Below are positions 30,007 through 43,842 of a stretch of DNA of 64,000 nt, in pieces (position 1 is the first letter of the stretch; the number at the start of each line of letters is the position of its first letter). The stretch lies in assembly GCA_964016885.1 (NCBI GenBank), contig OZ024745.1:20646001-20710000 (forward strand). The letters run 5' to 3'. Position numbers and translations under genes: made by a program. Source of the stretch: Eledone cirrhosa (Eukaryota). The notes below the pieces were generated by a model that saw nothing but the letters and a program-made list of their open reading frames with translations, was not told where the DNA came from and searched no databases.

Positions 30007-31686
30007 GGAGAAAAAGACGATTATTAGGAAGAAAAATATTTTTTTTTCCCTTTTTATATCTTTCTCCCTTTTTTCTGGGTTAGAAAATGATTAAAACGAA
30101 ATATTTTACTTTGCGTGAAGTGTTAAGGTATTAGTTGATTTATTTATTAATTAACAATGGCATTTATTTATTTATTTATATATTTAATAATTGTCTATTA
30201 CCGGTTTCACCATTTTCATGCATTATCAAATGATAATATGTATTGGTGTAGAATGGTGGTGTTGGACATGTTAAGAGAAATGGTGCAGAAAGAATAATGT
30301 TATTTACAAATAAGGTTTATGAAGTGAAAATAAAAAAGTAAAAAGAAAAAAAGGAGCGTAATGTGGAGCATAATAAGTCAATGTGAAAGAAAAAAATGTT
30401 ATTTACAGGCATAGTTCTTGAAGATAAGCAGATCAAAATGTGTTAATATAGCAAGATTGCTTAGTTGATCCATGATGAAGGCAAATAGTGGACTGGGGTT
30501 TGATATGATTTCCCTTTTTAGAGAGTTAATATGCAGGGGAGGTAATTCATGATGGATGATATTTAATTTATTTAAGAAAAAGGATTAGGTAGGGTTTGAG
30601 GGAGGTAACTCTTTAGAGAGACTTAGGTATTTGTAAATGTTTGATTGTTCGTTCCAGTTTTAGTTTAGTCCGAAGTTTAGTGCATTAAGTAGGGGTTGGA
30701 ATTTGTTAATGAAATACGTTTCCTTATTGGTACGATGGGTGAAAATAGCGTTGTCTCTGAATTTGTAAATGGGGAAAATGTTAAAGTTTGGATGTTGGTT
30801 GGGTGCACAATTGGCGATATGTTCACTAAATGCAATCTTTCTGTATTCCTGTATTTTGATTTGTGATTTATGGGCGGTCATACGTTGTCGGAGGCTGTTT
30901 TTTGTCTGTCCTATGTAGTGCTCTTGACAACCTGAGCAGGTCAAAACATAGATTAAGTTTTCAGATGCACATGTAAAGTTGTTTTTAACTGTGAAATGTT
31001 GTCCTTGTTTAAAATGGAATGTTGAACCTTCTATTAGATTTATGCATATGCCACGGTTGGGCCTTCCGCATTTTGTACTGTAGGGTTCATTGTGAGGGTT
31101 TGTTGGATTTTAGCTTGTGTGAGGATGTTTTTTATGGATTTAGGTTGTGTTTTGCTCTTTATGATGTTGTGTGTTTGGAGGATTTTGTTCATTCTTGGGT
31201 CTCTTTTTAGTAAAGGAATGTTCTGGAGGATGGTGTCGAATGCCTCATTGTTGAGGAGGTTGTGTGTGGAGATGTACGGTAGAGTTTTCTTTTGCGGTTC
31301 ATTCCTGGGTTTGGGGTGTCTGAGTTCCTAGATGTCAAGTTTTAGGGCACGTTGGAATCCATTGTTGATTAGGGATGGTGGGTAGTTTCTGCTGATAAGT
31401 GTGTTTTTTTAATTCTTCTAGTCGTGTGTAGCATGTGTATTTATCTGAAACTATTGTGCAGATCCTTCTGGCTAGGTTATAAGGAATTGCCATTTTGGTG
31501 TGTCTAGGGAGGCACGAGTTGAATGGAAGGTATTGTTTGGAGTCTGTGGGATTGTAGTATATGTCTGTTTCTATTTTGTTGTTTTCTTGATGAGGATGTC
31601 TAAGAAAGGGAGTTGTTCATAGCTGTAATTCATTGTGAATTGTAAGTTTGCGTTGAGTCTATTCAGAAGGGTTTTAAACTCAATCA
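30001..31686 (-). mobile_element. Penelope-like element (Neptune-type), 5'-truncated: RT C-terminus, Cys linker, GIY-YIG endonuclease, 3' region
   Basis: Minus frames give LQFTMNYSYEQLPFLDILI, KCGRPNRGICINL, FTCASENLIYVLTCSGCQEHYIGQTKNSLRQRMTAH..ETYFINKFQPLLN; degenerate hammerhead GAAA-CCGG-TA near 30195-30235. Confidence 0.88.
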
Positions 31687-31688
31687 GT

Positions 31689-31813
<125 letters not shown>

Positions 31814-32032
31814 AGACGTGTGTCACTTCGCGGAGAAGTTTCTGTTAATTTATTTAAGAAAAAAACGTGAGTTTTTTAGTTAAATTTTATATCATTGTGT
31901 AACTTGACCACTCGTCTGGACCTTCAGGTGGTGGGTCAACTCATTTTCGCCCCCTACAGGGGCGGAATATCCATTTAAAAAATTTTTCTCCATCGAATCT
32001 TGGAAAAAATATTGTAAAATTTTGATTACGTT

Positions 32033-33948
32033 ATGAACGCTGCGTCCAACGATAATGGTGGTGGAGAGGCGGTAAGACTACAAAGCTCGCAGTCAACAAC
32101 GTCTTCTTCACTAGATACTATAGAGATGGAAAGACAAAATGAAAATAAAAAAACGAATTCATATCCAAACAACACAAATGACACCAAACAGTTCAATGAC
32201 AACAAAAATAACAGCAAAACCAATAATGATGATAAAAGCAACAATGATAACAACAACAAAGAAAAAAATAAAGACAACGCCAATAACACCAGCATCAAAG
32301 ACAACAACAACACCAAGGAAAATACGGATGATACCAACATCGGTGACAACAAGAATAACAACAAGAATAACAACAATAATGACAACACCACCAATACGTA
32401 TTCCACAAAGAAACCAAAAATCTCCTTTGAAGAGAAAGTTCAAAAGAATGAACAATTGATATATGTCGACATAACAAATGCTGAACAACTTTTAAAGGAC
32501 GCTAAGAGATATGTCACCTTCGAAAAAAATGGTGCTTTCAGCATCAATTCTCCGGTAGAAATTCGCAAGGAAACTGCTCTCAAAACGATAGTTTTTAGGA
32601 CAGTTTCCAATTCTACCCGAAAACCAGTCCAATTGTCACAGAAAGAAATTGATCTGGTTTTCAAAAATTCAATGAATGATATTGCATTCATTCAAAGAAG
32701 CAAACTTTTTGGGAGTATTTCGGTACTCATGAAGGATCAATTGACGGCCCAAAATTACTCTGTGTCGCCAATTGTATCCAACCTGTACACCTTTTTCCCT
32801 ACATACATGGGAAAAAGGACACAAAAGATCAGAATCACAAGTGTCACACCAAAGGTGAACATATGGTGGATACTGTGCGGCTTCATCAATTTTGATGAAG
32901 ACAGAATACTGTCAGTAGGAAAGTCCCCCAGAGATGTATTCAATGGGACTAGCATTGAAGTTCTGGTGCAAATGAGCACAGAGCGAATAGCTATGATCCC
33001 ACAGCGTGTACTCCTGGACGGACTCACCTACATAAACCTTTCGGTTGAGGGTAGGCGGCCTTCATGTTACCATTGCTTTAGCAGGGGTCACCTGAGGGCT
33101 TCCTGTCCTAAACTAATGAACCAAAAAAGGCTCTTCTGCCGACACCCATCAAAACAATACAACCACCAACACCACCACAACAACAACAACACCAACACAC
33201 AAAAATAACCACAACAAACACAGTCCCACCCAACCCCACTCCACCTAAAACCACTGCAAAATCACATACAGACACAACAGCTCCCCAAGACATACCCCTC
33301 CCCAATCACACAGACGATACAACAGATGAGGCTATCTCGCCATCACCCAGTGAAGACGAGGGAGAACCCCATCGCTCGAAAAGAAAGAAAAGACATCACA
33401 AAAGCAAAAAACCAGCAAACACTACCACAAACATACAACCACCAACACAAACAATAAAAATATCACAAACAAAACCCCCACCTCCTGAAAACAAAATACC
33501 TACAACAAAACGAAAGCACACACAAGAACTACAGACAAAAACAAACACAACACAAGAAAATTACACTTACACTTACATAAACACTGAAAACAAAACACTA
33601 ATGGAGACCATCACGAACGACCCTTCGGTGAAAACCGAAAGGAAAACTTTCGCCCACTCTATCAAAAATAGCAAAAAACTGAACCTAAAACTGATTAGGG
33701 TCCCTATACAAACTTATAGGTCCCTAAAAGAAACATTTGAGAAGGATGTGGGGAATTCCTGCGTGAAACCACTCAACCGCGTCCTTCTCAAATGCCTCCC
33801 CACCCCAGACACCCCCATCCCACCAGACCCCACCCCACCAAACATCTGCGTCCCCACCCCGCCGGAAACCACCACCCATCCAGACAACCCCTCCAACACC
33901 CCCATGGAAATCGTGCGGCCTGGTCCCCAGGAGGCGAAGGGTGAGTGA
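32033..33948 (+). pseudogene. LINE ORF1 (gag-like, CCHC zinc knuckle), one frameshift near 33130-33200
   Basis: CYHCFSRGHLRASC = CX2CX4HX4C; C-terminal LKLIRV..KPLNRVLLKC also in copy B ORF 7584-7919. Confidence 0.85.
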
Positions 33949-33981
33949 TCTCTTTTCCTCTTTTAACTTTTCAGCACCAAC

Positions 33982-36900
33982 ATGGCCAATATAAGAGTTG
34001 TATGTGTGAACGTACGCGGCCTGGGGATGCCCTGGAAACAGGGCAAACTCTTAAACGACCTCAGGTCGCACAGTTTGGATGTGGTAGCCATTTGCGAGTC
34101 CAGGATCCACGGCGAGCGACAGCTGGCCCCCATCTTCGATGACTTTGAGATCTACGCATCTCTCTGTCAACCGGGGGTGGGGGCGGAGTTGCCGTTTTGA
34201 TGCGGAAACACCTGGGCCTCGTAACACAGACAGTACATCTGGACCCGGAGGGTCGACTGGTGGTGCTAGACGTTGACGGTAGTGAAGGTGGAGCCTTCAG
34301 GCTGGTGGCCGCATATGCCCCATCCGGGACACCGCGGCCAGACTTCTTCAAACGTCTAGAGACTTTTCTGGGAACGTCCCGCTCCTTGCTTTTAGTGGGG
34401 GACTGGAATGGAATCCTAGATGCACGTTGGGACTATGTGGGAGCATGTCCCGATAAAGGGGGGGGGGGGTGTAACAGCCTCAAACAGTTAATCGACCGAT
34501 TTGACTTGGCCGATAGATATCGACTAGATTTTCCGACTGCGCCACTGTGGACGTGGAGTAATCGTAGCGGAAGATCTAGATCGTACCTAGATAGGGTTCT
34601 AGTTAGAAATAAGGATAGGGACATGTTAAGCTGTCCACAAATGTTCATGGTTGCCTATTCAGATCACAAACTAGTGACCTGCATGGCCAACCTTGATAGA
34701 ACCCATAGACAAGGACCCGGCTACTGGAAGCTGAACTTGTCGTTACCGACAAGCAAAGCCTACAGTAGACGGATTAGCACTTTAGTTAAACAGCACTTGA
34801 CAGGGGCCATTGTCAACAACAGATGGTGGTACTCTCTCAAGAGGGCAGTTAGATTAGGCTCGATAGTTTTTAGTAAAGAATTAGCGTTAGATATAAATAG
34901 AACCGAGAAGGAACTGGTAGATAAAGTAGAAGAGGCAATTAGAAGTGGCAACGTAGCCAGCGTGCTAGCAACGAGAACGGCCTTGGACCAGTTCTTCGAC
35001 GCAAAGCACGAGGGCTGCGTTGTCAGAAGCAAAATACGTGCTCTGGGAAACGAGGGAGCCAAAGCTGTTAGCTGGGCCCGACTGACGGAGGCAAAAAGTG
35101 GCAACAAGTCCACGATTCGGTCTTTGAAGGACCAAAACGGACGCGTGATACCTGAGCCGAAGCAGATGTGTGCGGCTTTTCAGCGGCACTTTGCTCGGCT
35201 GTTCGGGGGGAGCGGCGCGCCGGGAGAGGCTATGGATTTCGGTCCATACCTCGACGGCCTACCGCGACTCTCGGACAGCGAGGCAAAGTTCTGCGAAAAG
35301 TCGATTTCAGCCACTGAGATAAGGGGCGCGCTAAGCCAATGCGGCAAACGCAAATCTCCAGGTCTCGACGGTCTACCCTACGAATTTTACGTAGCAATGC
35401 CGGACTTATTCTCCGGTCTCCTGGAAGCGGTCTACTGCAACTGGCAACAGAACGGGAGAATTCCCAGTTCTGTAACCGGGGGCGTGGTCACACTAATCAG
35501 GAAGGACGAGAATAAGGGGATGACATAGGCAACTTCCGGCCCATAACTCTGCTAAACACAGAGTTACAGATTTTGGCCAAGGTGTTGGCAAAGAGGCTGG
35601 CGCTTGTCGTCGAGAACCTGGTGGGAGAAGCGCAGACATGCGCAATCCCGACCAGGTCCATACACGACAACCTCCACCTCATGCGATACATCATAGAGAG
35701 GGTAGGGTGTAAACCCGGCTTCGGTGGGGCCCTGATCAACTTGGATCAGTCTAAGGCTTTCGATAGGGTTGACCATCGTTACCTGGATGCGGTGCTCGAG
35801 GCGGCAGGCTTGGGACCCGTGTTCAGGGGCTGGATTGCTGCAATGCACAACAGCAACATCTGCTCAAGGGTCAAGGTGAACGGCTACCTCTCGGAGCCGT
35901 TCCATATTACGCGATCCATTCGACAGGGATGCCCTCTCTCCTCCCTTCTGTACGTACTGACTCTCGAGCCACTACTGCGGAAGTTGGAGCTATTGCAGGG
36001 CATCCCTCTGGAACCGGGACTGCGGAAAGCGGCGTCGGCCTACGCCGACGACATCCCAGTAATGGTGTCGAGCGTCTCGCAAATCGAGGAAGTCGGCACC
36101 TTAGAACGAATCTGAACCGGGACAAGTCCATCGGTTTGCAACTCGGATCGTGGAGAGGCAGACCGATGCCTTCCGATGGCGTCGTCGGACGCTGGACGGA
36201 AGGACCGGTAAAGCTGCTCGGGGTCTGGTTTGGTCCGGACCTCCAGGTGGAGAAGAACTGGAACGAAGTGACGGCCAAGGTGTTTGCACTCACCCAGAAG
36301 TGGGCCGAGTGCAAACTATCCTTGAAAGGTCGAGCGGAGGTGGCGAACACTTTTATAGCGTCCGCCATCTACTACCGCTTGACCGTCGTGCCTTGTCCAG
36401 CCAAAACGCTCGCCAAAATGGAGCGCGTGCTCTTCCGATTCCTTTGGAAGAGGCGGGCTCCTTTGGTGAGAAGATCCATCTGCTGCCAACACCCTTCTAA
36501 CGGAGGGCTGGGGATGCCGTGGTTGACGATGCGCAAACACGCGCTCAGGCTGCGGCATCTCTACGTATTCCTCACCGGACAACCGGTGTGGGCCCCGTTC
36601 GTGAGGCGAGCCTTCCCCCGACTCGTCTCGCTGACTGAACTGCAGTCCTGGGTCAAGCAAAGACCGAGGAAAATGGGCGACTGGCACATCGAATGTGCTC
36701 AGGCGCTCACAGCCCTCTGGCAGGCGGACCCGGCGGTCAGTGGAGACTCCACTTCGTCATTCTATAGAGGGTTGGTCCGCAGCAAGTGCGACGACGCGCT
36801 CGGTGAAACTCTAGGCGTAGAGGAAGATGAACTGGCCAGTCTGTTCGGTAGGACCTTCCGCCCGGGACCGATGGACAACTTCCAAAAGTCCCTGGCCTGG

Positions 36901-37398
36901 CAGTGCTACCGCGGAGCTCTACCAGTTCGAGACAAGCTCTACAGACATGGGCGCCCGGGCAGGGACCCTGCAAAAAAGATCTGTCCGAGGTGCGTGCGAG
37001 ACGAAGAAACCGTTGCGCACGCATTCATACACTGGCCGGGCGTCACTGACCTGTGGGGCTATGTAGAACGACTATTGTCGCGGGTGGGACCAATCCAGTT
37101 GACCACCGAGTCCATTGTCATGATAAAACCGCCACCCTCCTTCAAAAACGAAGGAGTGGCGGTTTTCCTTTGTGTGATAGCTATGGCGAAAGAGGTTGTA
37201 TGGTGGACAAGGTTGAAAGGGCTGAGGTCAGACACCTTTCTCTCCGGCCAACAACTGATTCTTTTTTTCAAATACCACTTTGGAAGAAGAATCAGGATGC
37301 AGAGAGAGGTGCTGTACCCCAGCAAGTTTTATGAAAGGTGGGTGAAAGTGGCGAGAATGGCCCGAGTGAATGGGCCTTCTCTCTATATCAGCCTGTAG
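33982..37398 (+). pseudogene. LINE ORF2 (APE endonuclease, reverse transcriptase, C-terminal Cys/His motif), three frame breaks
   Basis: NVRGL, VGDWNG, YLDRVL, SDH; KSPGLDGL, FRPITLLN, SKAFDRV, RQGCPLS, YADD; CPRC..ETVAH; breaks at about 34185, 35520 and 36105 (about 25-nt net deletion versus copy D). Confidence 0.92.
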
Positions 37399-37635
37399 GT
37401 TGAGGAAAAGAAGGAGGAGAGGAAAGGAGTACAAACTCTTCGTACTCCTGGAGATGAGGGTTGCACATTTTTTTCGGGGGTATGTGTTACCCATATAAAC
37501 TGTCTCCCTCTATTGGGGAAAATCGACTAACTTTTTAAATTCCATTTGTGATAACATTTTACACGTTTTTATTGTATGTAAACTTCCCCCTTTGTATTTG
37601 TCCCCTTCTTTTGTGCCCATGTGGCTAATAAAGAA

Positions 37636-37786
<151 letters not shown>

Positions 37787-38050
37787 TAAAACATGTCTAT
37801 AGAATCACAAGATAAAATATATACTATTTTCTCTCCCAATTAGCATAATTAACTATATAATAAATCGAGTAGACCAGGCTATACGAATGAGGCTTCTATG
37901 AAGGAATCTCCGACAAATAATCGAGACTAGCGCTTCGCGTCGGCCGTAGCGGAATATTTATCGAATATTTCCACAGCGTAATCGCCTAGATATAGTCAAC
38001 TAAACAGAATTAGGTTTAAAATAAACTAGGAGAAAATAGAATACATTTAA

Positions 38051-38140
38051 AACCTCTACCATGGTTTCGTCCGTGTTTTGAGTTTTCCAATAATTATGTA
38101 ATAATTATATAAACTCGAGCGCCGGATTCTTCAGAAAGCT
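38051..38140 (-). ncRNA. Type I hammerhead with elongated stem II, within a TA-flanked element at 37786-38345
   Basis: AGCTTT-CTGAAGA-ATCCG..GAGTTT..ATAATTAT/ATAATTAT..AAACTC..CGGAC-GAAA-CCATGG-TA-GAGGTT. Confidence 0.65.
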
Positions 38141-38378
38141 CGCTCATATCTAGACATTGAATTTTCCAAAGCGATCGCGCCAAGAATTCATTTCAAAATG
38201 GGTAAAAATCGTGACATAGTCGCGGTCAAGTTGGAAGGTGTGTGGTAGTTGCTTACGACTGGTGGCATTTTTGCTAGAAAGCACAGCACAATACAGCCAA
38301 ATTTGTATCTCAACCTAGTGGGAGATTATGATATATAAAAGTTTACATATATATATACATACACATATATATATATAT

Positions 38379-38918
38379 ATAAAAACAAATAACGAAACGA
38401 AATTAACTTTCGTTTCGTTTGTAACTCACTTTTGCACGACTGACGCTCAAACAATTAAGTTAAAAATGTGCATCCACATATGTATACTGAAATACTAGTA
38501 TGCATATGAATACACACACGTGTACATATGTAGATGTACCAAGTTTTTCACTGGTCACTTTACTGTGAGTGTCCAGCCATTCTGTATGTAAACACACAGA
38601 CAAACCGGTTTTTAGAGTCATACTGGTTTTTGAGGAAACACCTTGCCTCTATTCTCCAGAAAGCCAGACAAGGAATATTGGACTAGTTTCGATGTTGTTA
38701 CATCTCATCAGCAATATTTACCTATCTTCCGGCCTTTCTAGAGAATCGTAAAAGCACATATCGTTATATGCTTTTTGTATGAAAATTAGTAGTGGGCAGA
38801 CTAATTTGCATAGAGCGTGAGTACGTACCGGTGAGTACGTACCGGTTCAACGGAGACGATAAAAACAAATAACGAAACGAAATTAAATTTCGTTTCGTTT
38901 GTAACTCGTTTTAACTTA
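38379..38918 (-). mobile_element. Retrozyme-like 1.1-mer (about 480-bp unit) related to 190-1084
   Basis: About 48-bp direct repeat AAAAACAAATAACGAAACGAAATTAA..GTAACTC at 38381 and 38861; hammerhead inside; TA flanks. Confidence 0.75.
38674..38718 (-). ncRNA. Canonical type I hammerhead ribozyme
   Basis: AATATTG-CTGATGA-GATGT-AACA-ACATC-GAAA-CTAG-TC-CAATATT; perfect stems I and II, GUC cleavage triplet. Confidence 0.92.
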
Positions 38919-38975
38919 ATTATATATATATATATACATATATACATATATATATATATATATGTACATATATAC

Positions 38976-39078
<103 letters not shown>

Positions 39079-39081
39079 CAG

Positions 39082-39164
<83 letters not shown>

Positions 39165-39195
39165 AGAAAAACCACAGGCCCTCCATCTCAACTCA

Positions 39196-39233
39196 CCTTT
39201 TGAAAAGCAGAAGAACTGCGAAACCGGTAAAGG
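39196..39233 (+). ncRNA. Variant hammerhead-like motif (TTGAAAA core)
   Basis: CCTT-TTGAAAA-GCAG-AAGAA-CTGC-GAAA-CCGG-TA-AAGG; the same core variant is present at 140-175. Confidence 0.5.
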
Positions 39234-39366
39234 AACCAAATAAAAATATATATATTTTTTAAAAAAATAAGACTTCAGTTGCATTTTCGATTTCATCTCT
39301 TTTTCTTTATACTTTCACTCGTGTAGGACACCTCGGTTATTTTTCATTTTGTAAAAAAAACCTCAC

Positions 39367-39431
<65 letters not shown>

Positions 39432-39470
39432 TATTTGATACATAAAAGTTAGTATGCATACATACACACA

Positions 39471-39535
<65 letters not shown>

Positions 39536-40183
39536 TATAAAGTTGACGGCCGTATGTAGTTAACAAACTTTCCGCCAAACGGCTGGACCAAACAGCACCA
39601 AATTTGCATCATAGATGTAAACTTTTCCTACTAAATTTTGTTAAAATATTAAATACATTATTTAAATATACACTTCTTTAAAATTTCAAATGTCAACACT
39701 TCTGGTTATACGTTATTCCTCCCTTTTTCTTATGACGTCGCACAACATCCCCATCTTTTTCATAGTCTGTTTTTTTAGATAGATACATAGCTATAACGTA
39801 GCGACTTTATAATATGTCTCTGTATGAGAAATTGCCTCCTTTGTCCCCCACCCAATACAATCCCTGCCCTGGGTGACACAATAAAAGTCAGGAGCATTGT
39901 GGTACAGTATATGGTGACATATAATACAAGTGTCACGGTCAGAGGCATTAGTACGGACTGAATCCCTTAAATCACCATAGTATCCCTTTGTTCTTCTATA
40001 TCAAGCAACAAGTGTTCCCTTTCATATCAAATATTTTCATTCTATGCTTAGTATATACCAACTGTTATGTTCTATCTTGTTTCTATTGCCCTCAGAGGGG
40101 CGCAAAAATCAGAGTAGCGATTTCTGAAACTTCAGCCTCGAATAAATTATATCACTCTACTTTTTATTCTCATTATTCTATAT

Positions 40184-40331
40184 ACTTTATTTTATCGACC
40201 CCGTAAGGATGAAAGGCAAAGTTAATCCCGCCGAGGTTAACTTTGCCTTTCATCCTTACGGGGTCGATAAAATAAAGTACCAGTAATGCACTGGGTAATT
40301 GCTGGCCTTGTGCCAAATGTAGAAACAATTA
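40184..40331. mobile_element. SINE family A head-to-head inverted dimer of 5'-truncated pieces
   Basis: TACTTTATTTTATCGACCCCGTAAGGATGAAAGGCAAAGTTAA followed by its reverse complement and the SINE tail. Confidence 0.8.
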
Positions 40332-41254
40332 TTCTATATAGTTTCAATATTTCATACTTATGTTATTATATCTATCACTGTTCTGTCCTGTCTGTATATC
40401 TGTCTGCCACTCTCACTGTAGAGAGATAGGGGAGAGGAGAGAGACTGCGTGTGTTTTTCCTCGTGAAAATATTTAGGTAGTGGTGAAATTTGCACTAATC
40501 GAATAATGATGATAATTTCAATAATTCAGATATTACACACTCTCTCTCACACACGGGTATATCTATATATCGATATGTATATATGTATGTAAATATGAAT
40601 ACACACACATAAACGCACACACACACATAAACGCACACACACACACATAAACGCACACACACATACGCACACACACACACATATATATATATGTGTGTAG
40701 TGTTATGTATGTGTGAAAAATGTGGGTATATATAATTTCTTCCTTCAGATTTTACTATATAAAGATCATTTTCCAACTTCCCCATCTATCGTCGTTTTCC
40801 CTTAAATCAAACCATCAAAACAATTCTTGTTCTACCTTCCTACCTTCATACCTTCCCTCCTTCCTACCTTCTTACTTTCCTACCAATTCTAACACGATAT
40901 CCTATTTGTTATGAAATAAGTTGATTACATCTTCAGCGCTGGATTCCTTCTAGTAGTCTTGCCAAATATTTACTAGGCAAGGCTCCATAGAAGTCATCCA
41001 TTTGCCAAATGATCCTCGATACATTAACCTCTCCAAAACCAATCAACACCACACCACATGGCATCACATTAAACAACCACCACCTTCCACGTCACCATAC
41101 AGCTCCCACACCACACAACAACACATAGGTAACGACGGAGCATGCGTTTACTTGCTTGAGCAACTGGAAATAACAGCCGACTTACCCTCAAATCACATCC
41201 TATTGTTTTAAAACGAGAACAGGTTGTATGATCGTCCTGAGTTCCATGAAAATA

Positions 41255-41585
41255 TGAAAGGAAGTGGGATATTTACGACTAGAGTACCTGGGAATGGGAA
41301 CACCTGGCAGAAGACAGAGATAAATGGAGAGTGACTATCAAAACAGCTGCAACCAGCTTTGGAGAGGGCAGGCAGGCGGCAGATGATGACCGTCATCAGA
41401 GAAGAAAGCTGTTCGCTACCCAACCACCAACTGACCAAGTACACGTTTACCCCAACTGTACCAGAGCCTGTGTGACCAGGATTGGCCTCTACATCGACCT
41501 CAGAGTCAGCCCGCCGCAAAGAACGGGACAACAATTCTTCCCACTGATCTTTGCAAGCGAAGAATTTGCCATTCATTCAATTCAC
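41255..41585 (+). mobile_element. RTE-clade LINE 3' fragment
   Basis: WEHLAEDRDKWRVTIKTAATSF..RHQRRK..PNCTRACVTRIGLY matches the RTE ORF C-terminus; ends in a CATT-repeat tail. Confidence 0.7.
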
Positions 41586-42441
41586 ATTTGAACCTATTTC
41601 TTCTTAGTCACTGGTGATCTGGGTTTAGCTATGTCAATAACACATAGCCGCCACTTCACAACGGTACAGCAACACACTTAACCTCACCACACCACACAAC
41701 ATTATGCTGCTACTGACATTACATCTATCCCAATTTTCCTCACACGTATATCTATAGTAACAAACAATAAACACTAACACAATCCCGCCACTCACATTAT
41801 GAAGCAAAAGCGAAATTATATCAGGTCAACCGCTCTGTTAGAAATATCACTCAAGCCAACTGCGTTCTACAGGTTTAGTAACAAGGTAAAGTGTTCTTAA
41901 TTCTCGATGAGGTCATACAAACACAAGGGACATTTAAAACCACTTGGAACCCATTCCTCTTCAGGTAGAAAGGATATAATTTGAGGTTGACCTCAATGGA
42001 TTTTGAACTCAGAACACTGTGATCCGCAATAAATGCCGAAGCAGTTTTATCCGAAGCTCTAACAACTCTGCCAATTAAACATCTTGCTTTACAGTCTATC
42101 AGTTACTTCATCAGAAACAATCATTGTTACTGACGAAGCCGGTCAGATAGCTCTATAGTGTCGGGACTAATAATATGGAGTTACATAACAACTATCAATT
42201 AGTCACTATATTGATTTATCACGATGAATCTATCAATCTTCTGAAACGATGGTAAAAGAAAAGACTAATTAAGTACCTAACTCTGCATTTGTTTTCATTT
42301 TTCAACATATAACCGAAACTATAATGATCCCCAGAAGATAGCTGATGAGCAGGAATTCTCCATGTGCTTTCTCTTCCGAGATTTCTATTTTCTATATTAC
42401 TCCCATGTATTTTTTTTTTTATTATTTATATATATATATGT

Positions 42442-42513
<72 letters not shown>

Positions 42514-43660
42514 TTTGTTAACCTGTTTAGCTTGCTTCGTTTTTTTGGCTCCGGTGGATGATGGCTTCACGACCACTGTTTTAATTTTTCTGGCCTTTAT
42601 AACGTATGTTAATTGCTCTGGTATTCTTTTAGACCATTGACCGCTTGCCACATATCTCTAAGATTGCGTTTCGCGAACCCTAAATGCTCATTCTCGAACT
42701 CTAAGAAGAAGTCATCCACGTCTTTATTACAGCTCATATAGATATTATTTTGAACTCTGTATTATACATGCACTCATTGTTTGTTTTTCTTTACGTATAT
42801 ATATATATATTTAAATGTAACACGTTGATAAGAGTATAACTGTTATCATTTACCTAAAGTATACTACACTAATAATACCTAATATATATCTATATATACA
42901 TCCCTATATCTAATAATATGTTGATATCTTGGTTGAAGAATAATTAGTACATTTACACCCAGTTATACATATATATATATTTATCCTTAACATATTATTT
43001 TATTTTTATCTTCGTCGTTATTATTTACCTTAAACATACTGGCTCATTAATATATACCTATATACATAATAGTTATTTAAATATTCATAACAATAAGTAC
43101 TTCAAAAGCTTTACATACCTAATATGTTAGTATATTTGTTAAAGTTTAGATTTAGGTAAATAATCAACAGTATAATATTTCATTCTTTATGTGCCAGCTA
43201 AATCCTTTAAATGTTATTCTCACAATTCAGAAGTTTAGAAATGATAACACACTTATCGAATTTATATAAATAATATATAAATAACTAGCAAATAATCCTG
43301 ATATCTGGAGTCTTCACCTTAATATTACAAATTAAATATTTTCAAATCTAACCGTTTAACTTTCGACCCCCCCCCCCCACACTTTATTTTTCCCTCCTTA
43401 TAAATCTTTTTCCAGTGGCTATCACTGGCTGTTATGATTCATGAGACGTTTTCCTAGATATATTGTATTATCATACACTTTAAAATTTTAGAACACTTTA
43501 AGTATGCAACGTTTTTTCTTACTCACGCATTTTCTAATGAATTTATTACGTTTTCGCACTTTCACATAGATATTACATAAGTAAAATTTTCTATCGGGTA
43601 ATTACTACCTTGATTAAATCTTAACTATTTAACATCTCAGGGTATGTCATGTATCATTAT

Positions 43661-43708
43661 ATTGTGTCTGATGAGGACGTACTGTTGTACATCCGAAATA
43701 TGTATAAT
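43661..43708 (+). ncRNA. Hammerhead-like motif, stem III reduced
   Basis: ATTGTGT-CTGATGA-GGACGTAC-TGTT-GTACATCC-GAAA-TAT-GTATAAT. Confidence 0.55.
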
Positions 43709-43842
43709 TAAATTGATCAAAAGAACATCTATTTTATTAATACTTATATTTTAATATTATATATTATATATATTATTATTATTATTATATATATTATATA
43801 TATTATTACGGGGTCGATAAAATAAAGTACCAGTAATGCACC

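Noticed and set aside
39533-39813. MITE or Helitron-like element
   Set aside because: Only about 13 bp of imperfect inverted termini
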